Source of the DNA: Candidatus Binatia bacterium | GTDB taxonomy: Bacteria; Desulfobacterota; Binatia; UTPRO1 | Direction: 5' to 3' | NCBI GenBank assembly: GCA_036496285.1 | Contig: DASXLI010000019.1 | Span: forward strand, 8,244 to 72,243 | Length of the DNA stretch: 64,000 bases | Shown: one piece after another, positions 16,526 to 26,743 of the stretch | Position numbering within the stretch: the first letter of the stretch is position 1 | Layout: each line of letters starts with the position of its first letter | Position numbers and translations under genes: made by a program | Notes under the pieces: generated by a model | Databases searched by the model: none | What the model was told of the DNA's origin: nothing | Seen by the model: only the letters and a program-made list of their open reading frames with translations

Positions 16526-17679
16526 GCGGCGCGACGATCCTGCCGCACGGCGGCACGCTGGTGAACCGCTGGGCGACCGACAAGGAGCGCGCGCAGTGGA
16601 TGGGGGAGCTGAAGCAGCTCAAGCACATCAAGCTCACGGCACGTGAGATCTCCGACCTCGAAATGATCGGTGTCGGTGCCTTCAGCCCGCTCGAGGGCTT
16701 CATGGGCGAAGCCGACTACCGCGCGACGCGCGAGCGCATGCGTCTCTCCAACGGCCTGCCGTGGACGATTCCCGTCACGCTCTCCGTCACCAAGGAGAAG
16801 GAGCGCGACCTGCACGCCGGCGACGACGTCGTCCTCTACGAGGACGACCGGCCGCTCGGCATCCTGCACCTCGCGGAGAAGTTCACCTACGACAAGGAGC
16901 GCGAGGCCGCGGAGGTGTACGGCACGACCGAGGCCGCGCACCCCGGCGTCAAGGTCGTCTACGACCAGGGCGACGTCTACCTCGGCGGCAAGATCACCCT
17001 GCTCGACCGGCCGAAGGAGATCCCGTTCCGCGAGCATCGTCTCGATCCGCTCGAGACGCGCGCCCTCTTCATCGAGCGCGGCTGGAAGCGCATCGTCGCG
17101 TTCCAGACGCGCAACCCGGTGCACCGCGCGCACGAGTACATCCAGAAGTGCGCGCTCGAGATCGTCGACGGTCTCCTGTTGCACCCGCTCGTCGGCGCGA
17201 CCAAGGGCGACGACATCCCCGCCGACGTGCGCATGGAGTGCTACAAGGTCCTGCTCGACAAGTACTACCCCAAGGACCGTACGGTGCTCTCGGTGCTGCC
17301 CGCCAACATGCGCTACGCCGGCCCGCGCGAGGCGATCTTCCACGCCATCATCCGCAAGAACTACGGCTGCACGCACTTCATCGTCGGGCGCGACCACGCG
17401 GGCGTGGGCTCGTACTACGGCACCTACGACGCGCACTACATCTTCGACAACTTCACCGCCGAGGAGATGGCGATCACGCCGCTCTTCTTCGACCACACCT
17501 TCTTCTGCAAGGTGTGCGACAGCATGGCGTCGGCGAAGACCTGCCCGCATCCGTCGACCGAGCACATCGCGCTCTCCGGAACCAAGGTGCGCGAGATGCT
17601 CGCCGCCGGCCAGCGGCCACCGAAGGAGTTCAGCCGCCCCGAGGTCGCCGACGTCCTGATCGGATCGATGCGCAAGTAG
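16522..17679 (+). CDS. sat: sulfate adenylyltransferase (ATP sulfurylase)
   Basis: 385 aa. Motifs: [19 protein letters not shown] and [10 protein letters not shown]. Confidence 0.9.
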   Translation: MSGATILPHGGTLVNRWATDKERAQWMGELKQLKHIKLTAREISDLEMIGVGAFSPLEGFMGEADYRATRERMRLSNGLPWTIPVTLSVTKEKERDLHAGDDVVLYEDDRPLGILHLAEKFTYDKEREAAEVYGTTEAAHPGVKVVYDQGDVYLGGKITLLDRPKEIPFREHRLDPLETRALFIERGWKRIVAFQTRNPVHRAHEYIQKCALEIVDGLLLHPLVGATKGDDIPADVRMECYKVLLDKYYPKDRTVLSVLPANMRYAGPREAIFHAIIRKNYGCTHFIVGRDHAGVGSYYGTYDAHYIFDNFTAEEMAITPLFFDHTFFCKVCDSMASAKTCPHPSTEHIALSGTKVREMLAAGQRPPKEFSRPEVADVLIGSMRK

Positions 17680-17702
17680 GCGCGGACGGCCCAGCGAGCA
17701 CG

Positions 17703-19361
17703 ATGGCGAAGCGCGACGAGTGCGACGTCTGCGTGATCGGCACCGGTGCCGGCGGCGGCGTCATGATCCAGGAGCTCACCGCCGCGGGCCTCCGGGTCGT
17801 GGCGCTGCAGCGCGGCCCGTTCCTCGGGCCGAACGATTTCGACGACGACGAGCTGCGCACGGTGATCCGGGACGAGGTGTTCTCGCCCGACCAGCTCGAG
17901 ACCTACCGCTACGACGAGAAGAGCCCGACCGAGACCGGGCGGTTCAACCTGACCGCGAACTGCGTCGGCGGCACGATGACGCACTGGGCGGCCTGGTCCT
18001 GGCGCTTCCGCCCCGACGACTTCAAGGTGCGCTCGACGGAGGGCCCGCTCGCCGGCGCGAGCCTCGCCGACTGGCCCATCACCTACGAGGAGCTCGAGCC
18101 CTTCTACGAGCGGGCCGAGTGGGACTTCGGCGTCGCCGGCGACGCCACCGCCAACCCGTTCGGCTCGCCGCGTACGAAGGGCTATCCGAACCCGGCCCAT
18201 CCGGGCCGCACGTCGAGCGCCCGCTTCGCGCAGGCCGCGCGCAAGCTCGGCTACCATCCGTTCCCGACGCCGATGGCCATCAACTCGCGGCCCTACGGCG
18301 GGCGGCCCGAATGCGTCTACGGCGGCGCCTGCCAGCAGTACGGCTGCATGATCCACGCGAAGGCGACGACGCTCTCGGTGTGCGTGCCGAAGGCGCTCGC
18401 GACGAGCCGCCTCGATCTTCGCCCCAACACGGTGGCACGCGAGGTCACGCTCGGCCCGGACGGGCGCGCGCGCAGCGTCCGCTACCTCGACGCCAAGCGC
18501 CGCGAGCACGAGGTCTTCGCGCGCCACGTCGTCGTCGCCGGCAATGCCTTCGGCACCCCGCATCTCCTCCTCATGTCGAAGTCCGGATCCTTTCCGCATG
18601 GTCTCGCGAACGGCAGCGGCCTCGTCGGCCGCAACCTCACCTTCCACCATGCGGCGACGGTCAACTTCACGATCGACGTGCCGGCGCTCAGCTTCGCGGC
18701 GCTCGAAAGCCACGTCGCGCTCGACGACCTGCACCCGAGCGACGCAAAACGCGGCTTCATCCGCGGCGGCGTCGTCGCCGATTTCAACATGCTGGTGAAG
18801 CAGCCGCTCGCGTACGCCTTCCTCGGTTTTCCCGGCTACCCGGCGAAGCGCGCCTGGGGCGCCGACCTGAAGGACTACCTGCGCAAGTTCCCGCACGCGG
18901 TCGGCACGGTCGCGATCCTCGAGGACATGCCGATGGAGTCGAACCGGGTCGATCTCGACCCGACGGTGAAGGACCGCTTCGGCCTGCCGGTGCCACGCAT
19001 CACGCACCGCCAGCACGCCAACGATCTCGCGATGAACCGCTGGTACACGCAGCGGATGCTCGAGCTCGCGGACGCGGCGGGCGCGGTCGAGAAGTGGGTG
19101 CCGAGTGTCTTCGCGCTCGCCGACGAGCGCTCGGCGATGAAGGGCAGCGCCCACTTCCACGGCACCTGCCGCATGGGCGACGATCCGCAGGCGTCGGTCG
19201 TCGACAAGTGGTGCCGCAGCCACGAGGTCGCGAACCTGTGGGTGGTCGACGGCAGCGTCTTCCCGACCGCCGCCGGCTACAACCCGACGCTCACCATCCT
19301 CGCCAACGCCTACCGCGTCGCCGACCACTTCGTGCGCGAGGCGAAGCGCGGGAACGCCTGA
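17703..19361 (+). CDS. GMC family FAD oxidoreductase (gluconate 2-dehydrogenase flavoprotein-like large subunit)
   Basis: Start MAKRDECDVCVIGTGAGGG (FAD GxGxxG) inside the longer track ORF. The C-terminus has GMC motifs HFHGTCRMG and LWVVDGSVFPT. Confidence 0.85.
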   Translation: MAKRDECDVCVIGTGAGGGVMIQELTAAGLRVVALQRGPFLGPNDFDDDELRTVIRDEVFSPDQLETYRYDEKSPTETGRFNLTANCVGGTMTHWAAWSWRFRPDDFKVRSTEGPLAGASLADWPITYEELEPFYERAEWDFGVAGDATANPFGSPRTKGYPNPAHPGRTSSARFAQAARKLGYHPFPTPMAINSRPYGGRPECVYGGACQQYGCMIHAKATTLSVCVPKALATSRLDLRPNTVAREVTLGPDGRARSVRYLDAKRREHEVFARHVVVAGNAFGTPHLLLMSKSGSFPHGLANGSGLVGRNLTFHHAATVNFTIDVPALSFAALESHVALDDLHPSDAKRGFIRGGVVADFNMLVKQPLAYAFLGFPGYPAKRAWGADLKDYLRKFPHAVGTVAILEDMPMESNRVDLDPTVKDRFGLPVPRITHRQHANDLAMNRWYTQRMLELADAAGAVEKWVPSVFALADERSAMKGSAHFHGTCRMGDDPQASVVDKWCRSHEVANLWVVDGSVFPTAAGYNPTLTILANAYRVADHFVREAKRGNA

Positions 19362-19371
19362 AAGGATCGCC

Positions 19372-19995
19372 ATGGCGGAGCCGGTCTCACGTCGCGACTT
19401 CCTGATCCAGAGCGCGCTCTACGGCGGCTCGCTCTGGGTCCTGCTCAACACCCCGCGGCCGCGCGCCGCGCGCGCCGCCGCGGAGTCGACCCGGCCCGAG
19501 GTGCTCTCCGCCGCCGAGTGGAAGACCGTCGAGGCCGTCACCGGGCGCATCATCCCCACCGACCACGAGCCCGGCGCGATCGAGGCCAACTGCGTCAACT
19601 TCATCGACAAGGCGCTGGTCCACGAGGACGCCGCGATGAAGCCGCTCTACCGCGCCGGCGTCGCCGGCCTCGACGCGGTCGCGCATCGGCGCTTCGAGGC
19701 GTCCTTCGTCGCGCTCTCGGCGGCGCAGCAGGATGACGTCCTCGCCACCGTCGAGTCCGGCAAGGCCGAGGGCTGGTCGGGCGGCACCGCCGCCCCGGCG
19801 GCGACGTTCTTTGCGGCCGTCCGCGCCCACACCATCATGGGCTTCCTCGCCCACCCGAAGTACGGCGGCAACCGCGACTGGGCCGGCTGGAAGGTCGTCG
19901 GCTACCCGGGGGGCGGCCACCACCTCGGGGGCTACTCGCCCGAGCAGCTCATGGGCAGAGCCAAGATCGCAGCCGCGTGGGGCGAGGAGATCTGA
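19372..19995 (+). CDS. gluconate 2-dehydrogenase subunit 3-like small subunit with a Tat signal
   Basis: Twin-arginine motif SRRDFLIQSALYG. The small subunit is encoded immediately after the GMC flavoprotein. It also contains FIDKAL and GNRDWAGWK. Confidence 0.7.
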   Translation: MAEPVSRRDFLIQSALYGGSLWVLLNTPRPRAARAAAESTRPEVLSAAEWKTVEAVTGRIIPTDHEPGAIEANCVNFIDKALVHEDAAMKPLYRAGVAGLDAVAHRRFEASFVALSAAQQDDVLATVESGKAEGWSGGTAAPAATFFAAVRAHTIMGFLAHPKYGGNRDWAGWKVVGYPGGGHHLGGYSPEQLMGRAKIAAAWGEEI

Positions 19996-20022
19996 GCCGG
20001 ACGCTCTCGCGTGGACGCGGGC

Positions 20023-20637
20023 CTAGCCGCGCGGCACGTGGCCGTTGCTCTCGAGGTACTGCAGGATCTGGCGGGCGCTCGCCTCGACGGATTGTCCGGC
20101 GGTGCGGATCGTCAGCTCCGCCTTCTGGGGGGCCTCGTACGGCGCCGAGATGCCGGTGAACTCCTTGATCTCGCCGGCCCGCGCCTTCTTGTAGAGGCCC
20201 TTCACGTCGCGCTGCTCGCAGACCTCGACAGGGCAATCGACATGCACCTCGACGAAGTCGCCCTGCCCCATCAGCACCCGCACCTGATCGCGGTCGGCGC
20301 GGTAGGGCGAGATGAAGGCGGTCAGGGTGACCAGGCCGGCGTCACTGAACAACTTCGCGACCTCGCCGATGCGGCGGATGTTCTCCGTGCGGTCGGCGGG
20401 CGAGAAGCCGAGGTTCTTGTTGAGGCCGTGGCGGACGTTGTCGCCGTCCAGGATGTAGGCGCGGACGCCCCGTTCCCAGAGCCGCTTCTCGAGGTCGACG
20501 GCGATCGTCGACTTGCCCGAGCCGGAGAGGCCGGTGAGCCAGACCGTACAGCCCTTGTGGCCGTTCATCTTCTCGCGGTCCGCGCGCGTCACCGCGCCCT
20601 GGTGCCATACGATGTTCGTCGCCTTCTGCTCCGCCAT
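20023..20637 (-). CDS. cysC: adenylylsulfate (APS) kinase
   Basis: 204 aa. Motifs: [25 protein letters not shown] and SPYRADR. Confidence 0.9.
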   Translation of the reverse strand: MAEQKATNIVWHQGAVTRADREKMNGHKGCTVWLTGLSGSGKSTIAVDLEKRLWERGVRAYILDGDNVRHGLNKNLGFSPADRTENIRRIGEVAKLFSDAGLVTLTAFISPYRADRDQVRVLMGQGDFVEVHVDCPVEVCEQRDVKGLYKKARAGEIKEFTGISAPYEAPQKAELTIRTAGQSVEASARQILQYLESNGHVPRG

Positions 20638-20736
20638 GGGACAAAAGCATTACCGGGGACCGCGTACAGCGGCAAGCGGCAATCGTGCGCGTGCGGAATC
20701 CGACCGAGACGTGAGCCCGCGCACCATTGATGGGCA

Positions 20737-21945
20737 ATGCCCTCGAGAAAAATCGGGGAGCACCCGGAAAGCGCCGAAAGCGCATTGACACTCGCGCGCC
20801 GGCCGACGATAGACCCGCTCACTATGGACACGTTCAGCCATCCCTCCGGCAGCGCCGCGCAGGCGCACCCCATCATGCTCCCCGAGGGCGGCGCCGAGGA
20901 GCGCATCGGATCCGCCTTCCCGACCGTCTTCACCTGGGACTACCGTGTCCGCCACGACGAGCTGATGCGGCTCTACGAGAAGGGCAAGGCGATGCAGTGG
21001 AACGCCGCGACCGACATCGACTGGTCGATCGACGTCGATCCGTCGCGCGCCACCGCCGAGGAGATGGGCATCATCGACGGCATCCTCGCGCTGCCGGAGC
21101 AGCTGCCGCTGGCGCGCCGGCGCGAGCTCGACCTGCACTTCAACGCGTGGCTGCTGTCGCAGTTCCTGCACGGCGAGCAGGGCGCGCTGCTCGCGACCGC
21201 CCAGATCGTCAACACCGTGCCCTGGACCGAGGGCAAGTTCTACGCCGCCAACCAGGTCGCCGACGAGGCGCGGCACGTCGAGGTGTACCGCCGCTACCTC
21301 ACCGAGAAGCTCGGCGTGAGCTATCCCGTGAACCGCCACCTGCACACGCTGCTGTCGCAGATCATCAGCGAGTCGCGTTGGGACATGATCTATCTCGGCA
21401 TGCAGATCATGGTGGAGGGCCTGGCGCTCGCCGCGTTCGGCCTGATGCGCTTCACCGCCGCCCGCGAGCCTCTCATCCAGCAGATCACGAGCTACGTGAT
21501 GCGCGACGAGGCCCGCCACGTCGCCTTCGGCATCCTCTCGCTGCAGGATCTCTACACGAAGGAGCTCAGCAGCGCCGAGCTGAAGGTACGCGAGGAGTTC
21601 GTCATCGAGGCGACGATGCTCATGCGCGAACGGTTGCTGATGGAGGAGGTGTGGCCGCGTCTCGGTCTCGACTCGAAGCGCTGGCTCTCGTGGTCGATGA
21701 ACACGCCGTTCATGGTCGGCTTCCGCCAGATCCTCTTCTCGAAGATCGTGCCGAACCTGAAGCGGCTCGGCCTGCTCACGCCGCGTGTCCGGAAGACGTT
21801 CGCCGATCTGCAGATCCTGGAGTTCGAGTCCTTGCCGGACTCGACCGCCGAGTCGGAGACGGCGATGCCGCCCGCGCTGCTGACGTTCTTCATGCGCCTG
21901 CAGGCGGCCGGGATCGAGCTGCCCGGCCTCGCGACGAGCGGCTGA
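20737..21945 (+). CDS. ferritin-like di-iron carboxylate protein (AurF/R2-like oxygenase family)
   Basis: ExxH pairs DEARHVE and DEARHVAF, plus single Glu helices (FLHGEQGA, IMVEGLAL). Start uncertain (ATG 20737 or 20824; neither has a clear RBS). Confidence 0.65.
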   Translation: MPSRKIGEHPESAESALTLARRPTIDPLTMDTFSHPSGSAAQAHPIMLPEGGAEERIGSAFPTVFTWDYRVRHDELMRLYEKGKAMQWNAATDIDWSIDVDPSRATAEEMGIIDGILALPEQLPLARRRELDLHFNAWLLSQFLHGEQGALLATAQIVNTVPWTEGKFYAANQVADEARHVEVYRRYLTEKLGVSYPVNRHLHTLLSQIISESRWDMIYLGMQIMVEGLALAAFGLMRFTAAREPLIQQITSYVMRDEARHVAFGILSLQDLYTKELSSAELKVREEFVIEATMLMRERLLMEEVWPRLGLDSKRWLSWSMNTPFMVGFRQILFSKIVPNLKRLGLLTPRVRKTFADLQILEFESLPDSTAESETAMPPALLTFFMRLQAAGIELPGLATSG

Positions 21946-21964
21946 GCGCGCTGGCGGTCCGTCC

Positions 21965-22246
21965 TCAGCGCGGCAGCGCGTTCAGCTCGAGCGTGACGCC
22001 GAAGACCTCGCTCAAGAGCAGATAGAGGCCGACGAGCGCCGCGAACAGGGCCGCGAAGGCGCCGATCGCGATGCCGGAGAGGAAGACCAGCGACATCAGC
22101 GCGCCCGCGATGACGAGCGGCAGGAGGAGCCGCGACTGATTGAACGGCGCGACCGGCTCGAGCAGGGGCAGGAGCCCGTACTCACGCGTCTCCGCCCGGA
22201 TCGTGTCGAGCAGCTGCTTCGCCTGGCCGTAGACGTACTCAAGCAT
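21965..22246 (-). CDS. small membrane protein, unknown function (last gene of the ECF-sigma operon)
   Basis: 93 aa with two hydrophobic helices in the C-terminal half. It begins 3 nt after the upstream gene's stop. Confidence 0.45.
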   Translation of the reverse strand: MLEYVYGQAKQLLDTIRAETREYGLLPLLEPVAPFNQSRLLLPLVIAGALMSLVFLSGIAIGAFAALFAALVGLYLLLSEVFGVTLELNALPR

Positions 22247-22249
22247 GCG

Positions 22250-22723
22250 TCACTCCGTATCCGCGCCGATCACGATGATCAGGACGCCGGTTTCCTGCTT
22301 CGGACCCCCGAGCAGTAGCACACCGTGGTCGCGCAGCGCCACCGACGTGTCGATCAGCGGCCGCCCGCCCTCGAGCAGCATCACCTGCATGCCGACCTTC
22401 GAGTCGCGGAACTCCTTCGGCGCCACCACCAGGTAGCGCCCGCCGGGGATGTCGAAGCTCGCGCCCTGCCCCCAGTCGAGCCCGCGGCGCTCCTGCTTCA
22501 TCAGGCGATACGAGGCATAGCGGAAGAGGCTGTCGAACTGCGGCTTCATCGCGATCAGGCGGGTGTCGAACTCGGGCGTGCCGCCGTCGGTCGCGAGCAC
22601 GCTGCCGACGGTGACGGTGACGCCGCCCGCGCACGCCGGCGCCGCCGGGAGCAGCGCGACGGCCGCCGCGAGCGCAAGCGCCGCGGCGAGGACGGGCGCC
22701 GATGCGCCGGCAGCGCGCCTCAC
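22250..22723 (-). CDS. exported hypothetical protein
   Basis: 157 aa with a signal peptide, AAALALAAAVALLPAAPACAGG. Its start overlaps the anti-sigma stop (4-nt overlap at 22720-22723). No family recognised. Confidence 0.55.
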   Translation of the reverse strand: MRRAAGASAPVLAAALALAAAVALLPAAPACAGGVTVTVGSVLATDGGTPEFDTRLIAMKPQFDSLFRYASYRLMKQERRGLDWGQGASFDIPGGRYLVVAPKEFRDSKVGMQVMLLEGGRPLIDTSVALRDHGVLLLGGPKQETGVLIIVIGADTE

Positions 22724-23214
22724 CTGGCGCCCTCGTCGATCCAGATCACGGTCGTGTTGCTGACCGGCTCGGAGAAGAGCGCCACCGAGGGCGCGTCGCT
22801 CACCAGGCTGTCGATGCGGGCCTGGTTGTTCGGCGGGCCCTGCGTCGCGGCCGAGAGACTCGCGCCGGCGCGCCAGATTTCGAGCGCGCTCACCAGCAGC
22901 GCGACGGCCATCACCGCGGCGATCACCGCCGGCCGCGCCGCCAACGCCCGCAGGCGCTCGCCGACGCCGCCGAACGAGCGCTGCACCACCTCGGCCTGCC
23001 CGGCGATGTCGGCCCAGAAGCGCGTGAAGTCGACGCGCGCAACGGCCTCGTTGACGCCCTCCACGATCAGCTCCTGGAGCCGCTCGAGCTCCTGCAACAG
23101 GCGCTCGCAGGCGGGGCAGCGCGTGACGTGCAGCGCGACGACGCGCATGCTGCGCGCCTCGAGCTCGCCGTCGAGAAAGCGGTCGAGCATGTTCTCGATG
23201 TCGCGGCAGATCAT
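22720..23214 (-). CDS. anti-sigma factor with an N-terminal zf-HC2 zinc finger
   Basis: HVTRCPACERLL (Hx3CxxC), followed by a TM segment (PAVIAAVMAVALLVSAL). It lies directly downstream of the ECF sigma gene. Confidence 0.75.
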   Translation of the reverse strand: MICRDIENMLDRFLDGELEARSMRVVALHVTRCPACERLLQELERLQELIVEGVNEAVARVDFTRFWADIAGQAEVVQRSFGGVGERLRALAARPAVIAAVMAVALLVSALEIWRAGASLSAATQGPPNNQARIDSLVSDAPSVALFSEPVSNTTVIWIDEGAR

Positions 23215-23236
23215 GCGCGCACGCGCCGCCTGGTGC

Positions 23237-23803
23237 TCACAGGCAGTCCTGCAGCAGCGTCTGCAGCTTCTTGCGCGCGTAGTGGAGGCGGCTCATCACC
23301 GTTCCCTTCGCGCATTCCATGACGCGGCTGATCTCGTCGTACGAGAGCCCTTCGACCTCGCGCAAAAGTATGACCGCCCGATGTTCGGGGGTCAATTGAT
23401 CGATGGCGGCGCGCACGCGCTCGCCGATCTCGCGGCTCTTCACGCGGCGGAACGGATCGTCGCGCCGCAGCTCGTCCTGGATTCCCTCCTGCGCCTCGAG
23501 GGCCGCCTCGGGCACCGACGTGACCGTCGGGCGGTGCCACTCGTGCCGCTGGTAGTCGATCGCGAGGTTCACGGCGATGCGGTAGAGCCAGGTGTAGAAG
23601 CTCGCCTCTCCCTTGAACTGGTCGAGGCTGCGAAGGGCCTTGAGGAAGGTCTCCTGGGATGTCTCCCAGGCGGCCTCGTGGTCATGCAGCATGCCGAGCA
23701 CGACCGTGTAGATCTTGCGCTGGTAGCGCTCGACGAGCTCCTGGAACGCCGCCCGATCGCCGGTGCGCGCCAACCGCACGAGCTCGGCATCGGTCCGTTC
23801 CAC
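23237..23803 (-). CDS. ECF (sigma-70 group IV) RNA polymerase sigma factor
   Basis: 188 aa. Region 2 reads AFQELVERYQRKIYTVVLGML..EDVAQ-like..FYTWLYRIAVNLAIDY. Region 4 reads LREVEGLSYDEISRVMECAKGTVMSRLHYARKKL. Confidence 0.9.
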   Translation of the reverse strand: MERTDAELVRLARTGDRAAFQELVERYQRKIYTVVLGMLHDHEAAWETSQETFLKALRSLDQFKGEASFYTWLYRIAVNLAIDYQRHEWHRPTVTSVPEAALEAQEGIQDELRRDDPFRRVKSREIGERVRAAIDQLTPEHRAVILLREVEGLSYDEISRVMECAKGTVMSRLHYARKKLQTLLQDCL

Positions 23804-23821
23804 CCGGGCGCCACTCCCCTA

Positions 23822-23847
23822 TAGACGGCGGCCGCCGCCGGTTATTC
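23822..23847 (-). promoter_or_regulatory. weak candidate ECF-type autoregulated promoter
   Basis: The reverse strand reads GAATAAC-N13-CGTCTA upstream of the sigma gene, followed by a GGGGAG RBS. The spacing is shorter than the canonical AAC-N16/17-CGT. Confidence 0.2.
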
Positions 23848-23883
23848 GCGACCAAATGCGCGATCGGCCGGGCGCGGCGACCA

Positions 23884-26631
23884 TCAGTCCGTCGCCGCCC
23901 AGTTGGGGCCGCTGCCGATGTCCACCTGGAGGGGCACCTGGAGCGGCATCACGCCCTCCATCTCCTCGCGGATGACCGCGATCGCCGGCGCGAGCGATCC
24001 GGCCTCCACCTCGAAGACGAGCTCGTCGTGCACCTGCAGGATCATGGTCGCGGGGACGCGCTCGCGCGCCAGGCGCGCCTCGAGCCGGACCATCGCGAGC
24101 TTGATCAGATCCGCCGCCGACCCCTGGACGGGCGTGTTGATGGCGGTGCGTTCGGCGAACTGGCGGACGCCTTCCTCACGGCTCGTCAGCTCCGGCAGGT
24201 AGCGGCGCCGCTTGAGCAGCGTCGCGACGTAGCCCTGGCGGCGCGCCTCGGCGAGGGTCTCGTCGATGAAGCGGGTGACGCCCGCGTAGCGCGCGAAGTA
24301 GTTCGCGATGTAGCGCTGCGCGTCGGCGAACGGGATCGCCAGCTCGCGCGCGAGGCGCTGCGGCCCCATCCCGTAGATGATGCCGAAGTTGATCACCTTG
24401 GCGCGCCGCCGCATCTCCGACGAGACGAGCGCCGGCGCGACCTCGAAGACCTCGGCGGCGGTACGGGTGTGGATGTCCTCGCCGGTCGTGAAGGCCTCGA
24501 GCAGCACCGGATCGCCGGTCAGATGCGCGAGCACGCGCAGCTCGATCTGCGAGTAGTCGGCGGCGACCAGCACGTTGCCGGGCTCGGGCACGAAGGCGGC
24601 GCGGATGCGGCGGCCCTCGGCGGTGCGGATCGGAATGTTCTGCAGGTTCGGATCGGCCGACGAGAGACGCCCGGTCGCGGCGACCGTCTGGTTGAAGCAG
24701 GTGTGCACGCGCCCGGTTTCCGGATGGATCAGGGCGACCAGCGGATCGACGTACGTCGAGAGCAGCTTCGCGATGCCGCGGTGCTCGAGGATCCTCGCGG
24801 GCAGCGGGTGGACCTCCGCGAGGCGGCTCAGCACGTCGACGTCGGTCGAGTAGCCGGTCTTGCCCTTGCGGATGCCGCGCGTCGAGATCTTGAGACGGTC
24901 GAACAGCACCTCGCGCAATTGCGGCGTCGAGTTGATCTTGAACTCGCCGCCGGCGAGCCCATAGATCTCCGCCTCGAGGCGCGCGAGGGCCTCGCGGAAC
25001 TCGGCGCCGAGCGCGGTCAGCAGCTCGCGATCGACGCGCACGCCGCGCCGCTCCATCGCGGCGAGCACCAGCGTGAGCGGCATCTCGACGTCGCGGAAGA
25101 GCGCGAGCTCGTCGTGCTCGGCGAGCGCCCGCTCGAGCACGGGACGCAGCGCGCGCGCCGTGCGCGCCTCCCACTCGAGCCGCGGCAGATCCGGCTCCGC
25201 GTCGGCCCCCGCCGCGGCCTGCGGCGGCGCGACGCCGAGGAAGTGGCGCGCCAGCTCATCGACGGCGTGACTCGGCCGCGACGGATCCAGCACGTACGAG
25301 GCGATGCCGAGGTCGAAGAGCGGCCCGGCGAGCGGCAGGCCGGCACGCTCGAGCACGATCGCGGCGCGCTTCACATCGACGCCGACCTTCTCACAGCGCT
25401 CCGCCGCGAGCGCGGCGGCCGCCTCGGCCGGCCACGGCACGGTAACGGCGACGCTCGCGTCGTCGGCCGGCGCGAGCGCCAGCGCGCGCGCCGCGGCCCA
25501 CATCGCGGAGGCGGCGGTCGTGTCGAGGGCGACGGCGCAGACCTGCGCGGCCGCCAGCTCCGCGAGCACGCTGGCGCCCGAGCGCGCCGCGGCGCTCGCC
25601 GGCGCCAGAGTGTCGGCGGCGGCGTTGCCGAGCTCGCGCAGCAGCGAGTGGAACTCGAACTCGCGGCAGAGCTCCTCGAGCTCGGCGCGGTGCACCGGCT
25701 GGACCTGAAACTGCTCGAGCGCGTGGTCGAGCGGCACGTCCCGGCGGATCGCCGCGAGCGACTTGGCGAGCCGCGTCTGCTCGGCGTGCTCCGCGACCTT
25801 GGCGGCGAGGCCCTTGGCGCCGCGGATGCCGCTCGACTCCAGCGTGTCGAGCGAGGCGAGCAGGTGCTCGAGGCTGCCGGCGTGGCGGATGAGCGCCGCC
25901 GCGGTCTTCTCGCCGACACCGCGGATGCCGGGGATGTTGTCGATCGCGTCGCCCATCAGGCCGATGACGTCGATCCAGCGCTCCGGCTCGAGGCCGTAGC
26001 GGGCGCGGACGTCCTCGAGCATCGTGCGCTTGCCGTACATCGTGTCGAGCAGGGAGATGCGCGGTGAGACGAGCTGCTGGAAGTCCTTGTCGCCGGTCAC
26101 GATCACGACGTCGGTGCCGGCGTCGGCGACGCGCGTCGCGAGCGTGCCGATGACGTCGTCCGCCTCGACCCCGCGCTGCTCGAGCACCGCGATGGCCATC
26201 GCCGCGACCGCGCGGCGCACGAGCGGCAGCTGCGGCACCAGCTCGTCCGGCATCGCGCTGCGGTTCGCCTTGTAGTCGGCGAAGATCGCGTCGCGGAAGG
26301 TCTCGCCGGGCGCGTCGAAGACGATCGCCAGGTACGACGGACGCTCCTCGCGGAGCAGCTTCAGCATCATCGTGAGGAAGCCGTAGAGCGCGTTCGTCGG
26401 CACGCCCTTCGACGTGGAGAGGAAGGGAATCGCGTGGAAGGCGCGATAGACGTAGGAGCTGCCGTCGACGAGGTAGAGGCGCGGCGGCGCCTCCTGGGGC
26501 TCCCGAGGCGCCTCCGGCGCGACCGCAGGCGTCCCGCCCAGGGGCAGCATCGGGGTCGTCTCGCGGGCGCGGCGCGCCCGGGCCGCGCTGCGGGACGGGG
26601 GCGTAGCGCTCTTCTGCCCCGCCTCGCTCAT
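23884..26631 (-). CDS. polA: DNA polymerase I
   Basis: 915 aa. It has a 5'-3' exonuclease N-terminus (LYLVDGSSYVYRAFHA, GVPGIRGVGEKTA) and polymerase motifs (DYSQIELRVLAH, RRRAKVINFGIIYG, LQVHDELVFE). Confidence 0.95.
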   Translation of the reverse strand: MSEAGQKSATPPSRSAARARRARETTPMLPLGGTPAVAPEAPREPQEAPPRLYLVDGSSYVYRAFHAIPFLSTSKGVPTNALYGFLTMMLKLLREERPSYLAIVFDAPGETFRDAIFADYKANRSAMPDELVPQLPLVRRAVAAMAIAVLEQRGVEADDVIGTLATRVADAGTDVVIVTGDKDFQQLVSPRISLLDTMYGKRTMLEDVRARYGLEPERWIDVIGLMGDAIDNIPGIRGVGEKTAAALIRHAGSLEHLLASLDTLESSGIRGAKGLAAKVAEHAEQTRLAKSLAAIRRDVPLDHALEQFQVQPVHRAELEELCREFEFHSLLRELGNAAADTLAPASAAARSGASVLAELAAAQVCAVALDTTAASAMWAAARALALAPADDASVAVTVPWPAEAAAALAAERCEKVGVDVKRAAIVLERAGLPLAGPLFDLGIASYVLDPSRPSHAVDELARHFLGVAPPQAAAGADAEPDLPRLEWEARTARALRPVLERALAEHDELALFRDVEMPLTLVLAAMERRGVRVDRELLTALGAEFREALARLEAEIYGLAGGEFKINSTPQLREVLFDRLKISTRGIRKGKTGYSTDVDVLSRLAEVHPLPARILEHRGIAKLLSTYVDPLVALIHPETGRVHTCFNQTVAATGRLSSADPNLQNIPIRTAEGRRIRAAFVPEPGNVLVAADYSQIELRVLAHLTGDPVLLEAFTTGEDIHTRTAAEVFEVAPALVSSEMRRRAKVINFGIIYGMGPQRLARELAIPFADAQRYIANYFARYAGVTRFIDETLAEARRQGYVATLLKRRRYLPELTSREEGVRQFAERTAINTPVQGSAADLIKLAMVRLEARLARERVPATMILQVHDELVFEVEAGSLAPAIAVIREEMEGVMPLQVPLQVDIGSGPNWAATD

Positions 26632-26658
26632 GCCCCCTTGTGCCGCGTCCGGGTTATC

Positions 26659-26687
26659 TTGACAACTCTTGACCCCCCCGTTAAACC
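26659..26687 (+). promoter_or_regulatory. candidate sigma-70-like promoter for the ABC operon
   Basis: TTGACA (26659-26664), a 17-nt spacer, then TAAACC (26682-26687), in the polA/ABC divergent intergenic region. The -10 element is weak. Confidence 0.25.
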
Positions 26688-26743
26688 TCCCGCCGCTCTC
26701 GCTTCTGCACGAAATTCACATCACTTTTTGACGACGTTCGCTC

